Below, in pieces: positions 35,838 to 42,260 of a stretch of 42,260 nucleotides of DNA. Source of the stretch: a virus (Duplodnaviria; Caudoviricetes); IMG/VR virus record IMGVR_UViG_3300032257_000036, positions 1 through 42,260 of that record. One strand, given 5' to 3'. The notes below the pieces were generated by a model, which saw nothing but the letters and a program-made list of their open reading frames with translations, was not told where the DNA came from and made no database searches. Each line of letters starts with the position of its first letter. The first letter of the stretch is position 1. Both the position numbers and the translations under genes were made by a program.

Positions 35838-36328
35838 TTCCACCCCCACGAAATAGTCCTATCAGGATCGGTAAATCGTTTATCGTAAACTGCGACACAA
35901 TTCCCACCTGGAGAACAATTTTTAGCCCCAACAAATTTAACTCTTCGGTTTAATCTTCTGATTTGATTTGCTTTGTCTTGAACGTAGGTTTGATACCACT
36001 TTGTAGATGCATCATCCGGCAATAAAGCGACGACTGTAGCGCCGTTGGCTACAAGCTCCATTGCTGCCTTGAGACATTTTTCTAGATTCCCTCGGCTGTA
36101 AGGTGGGTTCATCCAGTAGCTATGATCTAGAAACCCCATTGGATCTTGGCTATCAACAGGCAAGTCTTTAAATGAACGTGCTTTCTTTGTGTAAGCTTCT
36201 ATATCGTTAGTCCAACGTTGACACTTTGTATTTTCTGAACTCGCACATAAATCGAATTCAAAGTTAAACTCAGCATCTAAGACTTGATAAAGGTCATCGG
36301 GTGTACACCATAGATCACCGCTAGACAT
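35834..36328 (-). CDS. dam: Phage N6-adenine DNA methyltransferase
   Basis: W.TP...F.FDLCAS...WMNPPYS. Confidence 0.9.
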   Translation of the reverse strand: MSSGDLWCTPDDLYQVLDAEFNFEFDLCASSENTKCQRWTNDIEAYTKKARSFKDLPVDSQDPMGFLDHSYWMNPPYSRGNLEKCLKAAMELVANGATVVALLPDDASTKWYQTYVQDKANQIRRLNRRVKFVGAKNCSPGGNCVAVYDKRFTDPDRTISWGWK

Positions 36329-36797
36329 TGTAAAATCTCCCTCTACAGATTTCCCCTATTGTCGCTTGAGAACACTTGTATTTTTTCGCCATGAGACGTT
36401 GGGTGGTGTCGTTTTTTCTATATTCGCTTCTTATTTTTTCCGCGACCTGTTTCGTAAATCGGCGAGAACCCCTTTGTTTTGAGGCCATATCTAGCATGTT
36501 TTCTTTCTGCGTCCCTGCTTTTAGGTGATTAGGATTTACACATAAAGTATTATCACATTTATGCATAATCACGCAGCCTAAAGGAAGGGGCCCTTTGTTT
36601 AGTATGTAAGATAGCCTGTGAGCCCCATATACTTTACCCTTCCGTCCTCCGACTCTGAACGCCCCATAAGGGCCAGTCCCGCGTTTCGATCCGAGCCATA
36701 TCCAGCATTCATCCTTTGATCTTGTTTCTACCTTCTCCCATAGCCGATGCTCCCATGTGGCCCTTGTTAAAATTAAAAAATCATAATTATCCACCAT
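36321..36797 (-). CDS. HNH endonuclease with C-terminal HTH
   Basis: CWIW...AHRLSY...HKCDNTLCVNPNHL...N. Confidence 0.9.
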   Translation of the reverse strand: MVDNYDFLILTRATWEHRLWEKVETRSKDECWIWLGSKRGTGPYGAFRVGGRKGKVYGAHRLSYILNKGPLPLGCVIMHKCDNTLCVNPNHLKAGTQKENMLDMASKQRGSRRFTKQVAEKIRSEYRKNDTTQRLMAKKYKCSQATIGEICRGRFYNV

Positions 36798-37206
36798 TAA
36801 ACTCCTTTTGAATGTATTGAAGCTGATTACTAATTGTCTCTAACTGCTTAGATGTGGTTTCAGCAATAGACTGAAAGGTTTGATTTAATTCCTCTATCTT
36901 TGCCTGGGGTGTAATCGGAGTGACTTCGTACATTAAGACCTGGGCCAAATAAGCCATTGGTCCATGAAAGTCCCGCTTTCTCGCTTCAAGTAAAATTAGT
37001 TCGATTTCTTCTATGTCGAATTTTTGTCTGTTTTTAAAATTTAGACAGTCATTAACTTTTCTAGCTGCCCTCTCAATATCCTGCGATTCCCAGAGTTTGG
37101 CGGTCATTAGTAAGTGCCCAGCCTCTTTTTCACCGATAAGATCAACGGCGTCTCGTAGCTTGGCTCTCAATGAGTTTTTATTTTCAAATAAATCAGCTTG
37201 GGACAT
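36787..37206 (-). CDS. CII-like regulatory protein
   Basis: Position after the cro-like genes; HTH-like core; GAGG RBS. Confidence 0.55.
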   Translation of the reverse strand: MSQADLFENKNSLRAKLRDAVDLIGEKEAGHLLMTAKLWESQDIERAARKVNDCLNFKNRQKFDIEEIELILLEARKRDFHGPMAYLAQVLMYEVTPITPQAKIEELNQTFQSIAETTSKQLETISNQLQYIQKEFNGG

Positions 37207-37262
37207 GTTCGGACCTCGTCCCAATGCGTCCCAAAGACTTTATTGCTAAAATTTTTTTAGAA

Positions 37263-37394
37263 ATAAAAAAACACACAGCCGACCGTTGGACAGTTAAAAA
37301 CTGTGTGATTCGACCAGGGGAATTAGTCGAATAGAAATAGGTGCCCCCACCCAATGCTATGTGCAAAGTTTCATAACACTGTTGGTGGTGGAGG
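37263..37394 (-). ncRNA. Three-hairpin RNA element ending in a U-tract terminator (nutR/putR-tR1 position)
   Basis: Stems 37344-37394, ATTCGAC/GTCGAAT (37308-37332) and CACACAG/CTGTGTG (37272-37307), followed by T7. Confidence 0.55.
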
Positions 37395-37401
37395 TCTTTC
37401 A

Positions 37402-37611
37402 TTAGGCCACCTGATAAAAATGGTTAAGTAAGTCCTGAAGGGTTAACTTCCCTCTTGATGCCTTAACAAGTTTATTCATCGTTGGCCGTTTAGGAATTTT
37501 TCGGCGTGAGAGTAAATGGCTCTCAATGTAGCCGATTGTCGTACCTGCTCTATTGGCGTAGGCAGTACGTTGATCTGAAGTCAGATTTTGATAGTAGTCT
37601 CGAAAGTTCAT
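37402..37611 (-). CDS. Cro/YdaS-like HTH protein 2
   Basis: ANRAGTTIGYI...RKIP...G.LTL.DL. Confidence 0.7.
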   Translation of the reverse strand: MNFRDYYQNLTSDQRTAYANRAGTTIGYIESHLLSRRKIPKRPTMNKLVKASRGKLTLQDLLNHFYQVA

Positions 37612-37796
37612 ATGTTGCCTCGAGACCTAAATGACTCAAGTTGTTGTATTTTTTTAAATGATGGCGAAACGATTTTGTTATTTTTAAAATCTAACAGCCA
37701 CCAATAATTTAAACCTGAAAGGTTTGATATTTCTCTGTATTGGCCACTTTTGCCTTGGAGCCAATTGCGCAGATCTTGAACTAAGTTTTTCTTCAT
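37608..37796 (-). CDS. cro: Cro-like HTH protein 1
   Basis: First gene from pR; EISNLSGLNYWWL..F.N..I.SPSF.KIQ.L. Confidence 0.7.
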   Translation of the reverse strand: MKKNLVQDLRNWLQGKSGQYREISNLSGLNYWWLLDFKNNKIVSPSFKKIQQLESFRSRGNI

Positions 37797-37802
37797 GAAG
37801 AA

Positions 37803-37845
37803 ATTCTAGGGGATTACTCCTTATCTGTCAAGGGGTTTGCCCCTT
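37803..37845 (-). promoter_or_regulatory. pR promoter with operators (OR)
   Basis: TTGACA-17-TAGAAT; operators TAGGGGATTACTCCTT (37807) and AAGGGGTTTGCCCCTT (37830). Confidence 0.85.
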
Positions 37846-37888
37846 ATGTTTTCGATTAAACTCCTAAAACAGGCTTTGGAGGCGTGAA

Positions 37889-38317
37889 ATGGGTACAAAA
37901 AAGATAGTAATTGATAATATTTTGAGGCTGATGGATTTTCATAAAATACCATCACAAAATGCATTAGCGAAAGCAGCAAAGGTTGACCAAAAAACAATCA
38001 ATGACTTTATGCGAGAAGAAAATAAAACCAGCTCAATAAAACTGGTCACATTAGATAAGATAGCCAAAGCCTTAAAGGTTTGTGGCTGGCATCTCCTAGT
38101 ACCCTCACTGCCTATTGAGTTTATAAATAGCGCCCCTAAATGCTCTAAAATCTCTCCCACGGGATTTAGCTTATTAACAGTATATGAAACAGCGTCAGAT
38201 GAAGTGAAAAGAGAAATAATTGGCTACACAGATTACATTTTAGATCGTTCCGGGGACTCTTCGCATAGAGATAAGATTAGAACGGCTGTACAATTTCAAG
38301 AAAATAAACGCACATAA
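37889..38317 (+). CDS. cI: CI-like XRE repressor (no S24 peptidase domain)
   Basis: SQNALAKAAKVDQKTIN...TLDKIAKAL HTH; divergent from cro; flanked by operators. Confidence 0.8.
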   Translation: MGTKKIVIDNILRLMDFHKIPSQNALAKAAKVDQKTINDFMREENKTSSIKLVTLDKIAKALKVCGWHLLVPSLPIEFINSAPKCSKISPTGFSLLTVYETASDEVKREIIGYTDYILDRSGDSSHRDKIRTAVQFQENKRT

Positions 38318-38376
38318 GAATTAAGCTAGGGTTCATCATCACTTAGTTAGAATTCATCATAACTTTTCCATATTCT

Positions 38377-38423
38377 TAGGGGAAATCCCCTTGACTTCAC
38401 CCTTTGTTAGGGCTATTCTCCTA
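38377..38423 (+). promoter_or_regulatory. pL promoter with operators (OL)
   Basis: TTGACT-17-TATTCT; operators TAGGGGAAATCCCCTT and TAGGGCTATTCTCCTA. Confidence 0.85.
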
Positions 38424-38449
38424 ACATCAACAAACAAAAGGGGTAAGTC

Positions 38450-38731
38450 ATGAGCGATTACAGCAACAATAGAGATCACTGGACCATTCAAGACTGGAAA
38501 GACTTTGTTAAGAATGGAAAGCCTGATGTTGTCCTTGGTGAGTTAAATATTGACTCTTGTGATTTTTCTGAAGAAGTCATTCGACTATTTATTGAATATG
38601 GGAATGATTCAGCGCAACTGGGTTATGAGCTACATAGCTATTTAAATCAACTCCTAGAAGTCCCCGCAAAATATGCTCGTGATGAGTATGAGATTGATCG
38701 TGATGCAGAAAGATATTTAGGTGTGGCATGA
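38450..38731 (+). CDS. Acidic early protein
   Basis: First ORF after pL; AGGGG RBS. Confidence 0.7.
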   Translation: MSDYSNNRDHWTIQDWKDFVKNGKPDVVLGELNIDSCDFSEEVIRLFIEYGNDSAQLGYELHSYLNQLLEVPAKYARDEYEIDRDAERYLGVA

Positions 38732-38804
38732 ATCTTAACTTCTTCACTGACGCTGTTTTAATTATTGCGATCATAGTCATGCTAATTTTGATTTGGAGCT
38801 TAAC

Positions 38805-39014
38805 ATGAAAAAACTAACTGATTACGGTGAGGCTGAATTCTTCACTAAGCAAGCGACAGAGCAGTTTAGGCAAGGTGAAAATATCACATCTATTAAATAC
38901 TTACTTCTTCGAGCGTTAAACGCGGCGGTGCAGTCTGAATCAATCGGTGATATTACATTAGGCCCATCCACTCAAGTGGATGTTGCCAAAGCGGTCAGGG
39001 ATGCGGGCGTATGA
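38805..39014 (+). CDS. Hypothetical protein
   Basis: GGAG RBS. Confidence 0.6.
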   Translation: MKKLTDYGEAEFFTKQATEQFRQGENITSIKYLLLRALNAAVQSESIGDITLGPSTQVDVAKAVRDAGV

Positions 39015-39349
39015 AGCCATATTATCACGCAAGATTATCGGTTAAAAAATACGGTGGTGAGATTGATGATTACATTGATATTCATAATTTTATTGACTCA
39101 TCAAAATCAACTTTAGCTGATGTAAGACATAGAGCATTAATTCATAGTTCATTTGGATGCTTCCTCGTTGAGAAAGTTTATGGCGTAACAATTAAAAACA
39201 GTCAAGACAAAATTGTAAATACACGTGATTTAGCTGAGGACCATATATTAGAGGATTTGGGGTTTATTCCGTCCCCTGATAAGTGGTTACGTAACATGAG
39301 GATTGAACCATGGATGTCTGGAACACGAAAAACTAAGAGGGTAGATTAA
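39011..39349 (+). CDS. DUF6915-like His/Asp-rich protein
   Basis: PYYHA..S..K.GG...DY..IH.F.DSSK...RHRA..H..FG...AEDHILEDLG.IP. Confidence 0.7.
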   Translation: MKPYYHARLSVKKYGGEIDDYIDIHNFIDSSKSTLADVRHRALIHSSFGCFLVEKVYGVTIKNSQDKIVNTRDLAEDHILEDLGFIPSPDKWLRNMRIEPWMSGTRKTKRVD

Positions 39350-39792
39350 TGGATGACTTAAAAAAATTAACATTAGAAATTGAAGAACTAAAAAAAACGT
39401 ATAAAGAAAAAGCTAAAGCCGCTTTGCTTAATGATGTATTTCCAGGTTTCTTTAAAAGTCATCCTGAGATTAAAGCGGTTTATTGGTGTCAGTACACGCC
39501 CTACTTTAACGATGGTGACCCCTGTGTATTTAACGTGGGTGAGGTTTGCTTATCCAACATAGAAGACTTTGAAAGTAACGATAATTTTGATGGTTATTAC
39601 GAGAGTTATATAGACGGTAAGTATACTTGGGAGCTTGACGATAAAAAATTAGAAACTGATTTTTCTGTTGTTGCGGCATTTATATCAAGTAATAAAAATT
39701 TAATGTTAGACCTCTATGGTGACCACTCAACCATCGTTATCCATAACTCTGACCCAATAGAGGCAAGTGTTAGCGAGTATGACCATGACTGA
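39349..39792 (+). CDS. Acidic protein coupled to the DUF6915-like gene
   Basis: WCQYTPYFNDGDPCVF motif; ends YDHD; TAATG coupling. Confidence 0.75.
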   Translation: MDDLKKLTLEIEELKKTYKEKAKAALLNDVFPGFFKSHPEIKAVYWCQYTPYFNDGDPCVFNVGEVCLSNIEDFESNDNFDGYYESYIDGKYTWELDDKKLETDFSVVAAFISSNKNLMLDLYGDHSTIVIHNSDPIEASVSEYDHD

Positions 39793-39885
39793 TTATTTCA
39801 TGATGGACTGCAAAGACTTATCTCGGAGCTGGTGGGATAAAGTTAAGGATTTTATTTATTACGTATTATTTGAGGTGAAAGAGCC

Positions 39886-40566
39886 ATGAGCGATCAAGAA
39901 AGGTATGAGTACGAAGTAATGAGTCAGCAGAGTGCAGAGCTGGGGGAGTTGTTTGCCGCTCTGTCAAAAGCACAAGGTCAAATGTCAGGCGCGGTAAAGG
40001 ATTCATCAAATCCATTTTTCAAAAGCAAATATGCAGACTTGCATCATGTCTGGGAGGCAGTAAGAGGCCCCCTTTCTAGCAACAGTCTTACTGTTTTGCA
40101 AGCAACCAATGTTGTTAACAATAAATTATTTGTTGTAACAACGATAGGTCATTCGTCAGGGCAGTGGATGAAGTCAATCACACCAGTAAAAGCAATGAAG
40201 GAAGATCCTCAGGCGATGGGGTCAGCCATTACTTATGCTCGGCGCTATTCTTTAGCGGCTATTTGTGGGATAGCGCAGATGGACGATGATGCTGAGTCTG
40301 CGATGAGCAGAAATACTATAAAAGGCCAGACTAGCGGCGAAAAAATTGATTTAGTGAAAATCAACAAGGCTGCTGAGTATATTAAAGAAACGATAAACGC
40401 TGACATAGAAGAAGATGAGCGCAAAGGAAAACTGCAAGCTGCTTATGATCGAATATCAAACGATGAGAACCTTGAGATCACAAAGCAGCTTAATGATTTT
40501 GCCCCAGGCACAAAACGAAAATACAAAAACATACTATCAGATTATCTAAAGGAGAACGCAACATGA
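39886..40566 (+). CDS. erf: ERF-family single-strand annealing protein
   Basis: NPFFKSKYADL, HSSGQW, GSAITYARRYSL...DDDA. Confidence 0.92.
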   Translation: MSDQERYEYEVMSQQSAELGELFAALSKAQGQMSGAVKDSSNPFFKSKYADLHHVWEAVRGPLSSNSLTVLQATNVVNNKLFVVTTIGHSSGQWMKSITPVKAMKEDPQAMGSAITYARRYSLAAICGIAQMDDDAESAMSRNTIKGQTSGEKIDLVKINKAAEYIKETINADIEEDERKGKLQAAYDRISNDENLEITKQLNDFAPGTKRKYKNILSDYLKENAT

Positions 40567-40853
40567 GTTACGACAACAATTTACGATTAGCTTTATGGAA
40601 GAACGACCGAAGAGAAAAGCAAACACACCCGCACTTAAAGGGAAGCGGTGAGGTTAATTCTGAATACTGGGTTAGCGCGTGGTTTTCTGGCGATCTTAGC
40701 GATACGGATAAAAAATCATTAGTGGAAATAGTTAACCGTTATGACAGTAAAAAGCCATTTATCTCTATCTCTTTACAAGAAAAGCAAGCGAAAGAAGGTG
40801 CGTCAGAAAGTCAGGCTACCGATGCCTCTTTTGATTCGGATATCCCCTTTTAA
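40563..40853 (+). CDS. Single-stranded DNA-binding protein-like
   Basis: LWKN...HP.LKG...WVSAW; acidic tail ending DIPF. Confidence 0.75.
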   Translation: MSYDNNLRLALWKNDRREKQTHPHLKGSGEVNSEYWVSAWFSGDLSDTDKKSLVEIVNRYDSKKPFISISLQEKQAKEGASESQATDASFDSDIPF

Positions 40854-40964
40854 ATGAAGCTAGACCCCACAAGCTTTTTACTCGGTCAACTATTTGTAAT
40901 TGGCTTGTGGGTTATTCATAAAGTGTTTTGGTATACGTTTGAGAAAGTGAAAAGTAAGTTTTAG
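40854..40964 (+). CDS. 36-aa membrane peptide
   Basis: Abuts the SSB stop; one TM segment, basic tail. Confidence 0.45.
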   Translation: MKLDPTSFLLGQLFVIGLWVIHKVFWYTFEKVKSKF

Positions 40965-40975
40965 GAGCTATATAG

Positions 40976-41134
40976 ATGCGGTTAACCCTATCCCTATCTT
41001 GTTTTGTATTGAGTTTTGTAAATCTTTATTTTGCAATTACACATTTAAGTCTTTTTAGCGCAGGAGTGTTTGTTTATTGTTTTATAGTAGCCACGGGGAT
41101 TTTAGCTCTATATTTTATTGAAGAGGGTAGGTAG
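40976..41134 (+). CDS. 52-aa two-TM membrane peptide
   Basis: AGGAG RBS; hydrophobic. Confidence 0.55.
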   Translation: MRLTLSLSCFVLSFVNLYFAITHLSLFSAGVFVYCFIVATGILALYFIEEGR

Positions 41135-41347
41135 GTGAAAAAAGGTGGATTTGTAGAAGCGGTAACAAAGGCTATTAATCAGCGGGAGCCGAGCGACTGT
41201 TGGGAGGGCGAATACTACTGTTGTGATAATTTTAATCCTAAAAAAGCAAACGTTTACATGCATACGCGCCGCAGTGCTTTAGGTCCAGGTTGGAGTGAGT
41301 CTGTCCTTGTCGGTCTGCGTGTTGAACATAAAATTCCTTATGCATGA
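41135..41347 (+). CDS. Hypothetical protein
   Basis: GTG start after GAGG. Confidence 0.55.
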   Translation: MKKGGFVEAVTKAINQREPSDCWEGEYYCCDNFNPKKANVYMHTRRSALGPGWSESVLVGLRVEHKIPYA

Positions 41348-41518
41348 ATACCCTTAATGCTGTGTTGTGCGGCGCGGAAAGCAGACGCGCAGGCAAGGGT
41401 GCTGGAACTGAGAACCTACAGGGGTGAATAAAGCATCGGCCAGTTTTTATAATGGCGTTACCTGGATCGAACTCATAGCCCCAGTAGCGCGGGGCCACAG
41501 CACAGCATTAAGGGTATT
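41347..41518 (+). ncRNA. Structured RNA: 23-bp closing stem around a tRNA-like core
   Basis: AATACCCTTAATGCTGTGTTGTG pairs with CACAGCACAGCATTAAGGGTATT (one G-U on the + strand); D-arm-like GCG-CGGAAAGCAGA-CGC; T-arm-like GCCCC-AGTAGCGC-GGGGC. Confidence 0.75.
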
Positions 41519-41564
41519 GATAGGGGTGAATAGATAAATGAATAATTTAATCAAGGAGAAAACA

Positions 41565-41837
41565 ATGGAAGAAAAAGCAGTAGTTGTTACCACAGAGCAT
41601 AAAGGTGTATTTTTTGGCTACACGTCAGAAGAACTTACTAGCAAGTCAATTAATCTTAAGCGCGCTAGAAATTGTATCTACTGGCGTGGTGTGAAGGGGT
41701 TTCTTGATCTAGCAGCTTCGGGACCAACCGCCGATTGTCGAGTCGGACCAGCGGTTGATATCACGCTACACGACATTACATGTGTTGCAAACTGCACAGA
41801 TAGCGCAGTTAAGGCATGGGAGATAGCGCCGTGGTAG
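41565..41837 (+). CDS. DUF6948-like protein
   Basis: VVVTT..KGVFFG...L..AR....W.G....LA..GP; AAGGAGA RBS. Confidence 0.75.
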   Translation: MEEKAVVVTTEHKGVFFGYTSEELTSKSINLKRARNCIYWRGVKGFLDLAASGPTADCRVGPAVDITLHDITCVANCTDSAVKAWEIAPW

Positions 41838-42260
41838 ATAGCGCCGTGGTAGTTTTAGGGACGCCACCTTCTTGGTCTTTACTGATGAGTGGCTATGGTG
41901 ATGGTCATGGCTATGGTCATGGTTATGCTCATGGTCATGGTTATGGTCATGGTCATGGTCATGGTCATGGTTATGGTTATGGTTATGGTCATGGCTATGA
42001 CTATGGCTATGGTGATGGTGATGGTGATCGTTATGGTTATGGTCATGGCTATGACTATGGCTATGGTGATCGTTATGGTTATGGTTATGGTCATGGCTAT
42101 GACTATGGCTATGGTGATGGTGATGGTGATCGTTATGGTTATGGTGATGGTGATCGTTATGGTTATGGTTATGGTCATGGCTATGACTATGGCTATGGTG
42201 ATGGTGATGGTGATCGTTATGGTTATGGTCATGGCTATGACTATGGCTATGGTGATCGTT
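41831..42260 (+). CDS. N-terminal part of the Gly-Tyr/Asp/His repeat protein (continues across the junction to 481)
   Basis: GGGAG RBS 8 nt before GTG; MVDSAVVVLGTPPSWSLLMSGYGDGHGYGHG...; no stop before the window end. Confidence 0.8.
   Translation, partial: MVDSAVVVLGTPPSWSLLMSGYGDGHGYGHGYAHGHGYGHGHGHGHGYGYGYGHGYDYGYGDGDGDRYGYGHGYDYGYGDRYGYGYGHGYDYGYGDGDGDRYGYGDGDRYGYGYGHGYDYGYGDGDGDRYGYGHGYDYGYGDR

Noticed and set aside
41879-42232. Thr/Ile-repeat ORF on the minus strand
   Set aside because: Antisense shadow of the same 6-nt-period repeat
41891-42260. Possible CRISPR array or telomere-like repeat
   Set aside because: No unique spacers and no cas genes; the variation follows codon structure
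42205-42260. Physical direct terminal repeat of the virion DNA
   Set aside because: It is 56 bp inside a coding low-complexity repeat, typical of an assembler overlap
1-42260. Stop-codon reassignment
   Set aside because: Core genes are full length in the standard code, and all three stop codons are used as terminators

Overview
Apparently complete ~42.2 kb temperate phage genome, circularised inside a low-complexity repeat (bases 1-56 = 42205-42260); the host is probably a gammaproteobacterium. Control is lambdoid: CI, two Cro-like genes, a CII-like gene, paired operators, pR/pL, and a Q-like antiterminator with pR'/tR'. It also carries a tyrosine integrase, Xis and an attP matching a tRNA 3' end (probably tRNA-Lys), ERF/SSB recombination genes and an O-like/primase-zinc-finger/DnaB replication block. 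The late operon is P22-like podoviral but uses an N4-gp56-type capsid. Most unusual elements: (1) an early module of a tRNA-like structured RNA, a possibly Sm-fold DUF6948-like protein and a ~284-aa protein with ~160 residues of (Gly-Tyr/Asp/His)n spanning the contig ends, missed by the ORF track; (2) a glycosyltransferase/acetyltransferase cluster between terS and terL, next to Ser/Thr-rich structural genes, one member lacking a canonical start codon; (3) an IHF site plus integrase-arm-like repeats next to terS, ~21 kb from attP; (4) a tandemly duplicated three-gene cassette with conserved DNA boundary blocks. All family assignments come from motif recognition by eye, not database searches.
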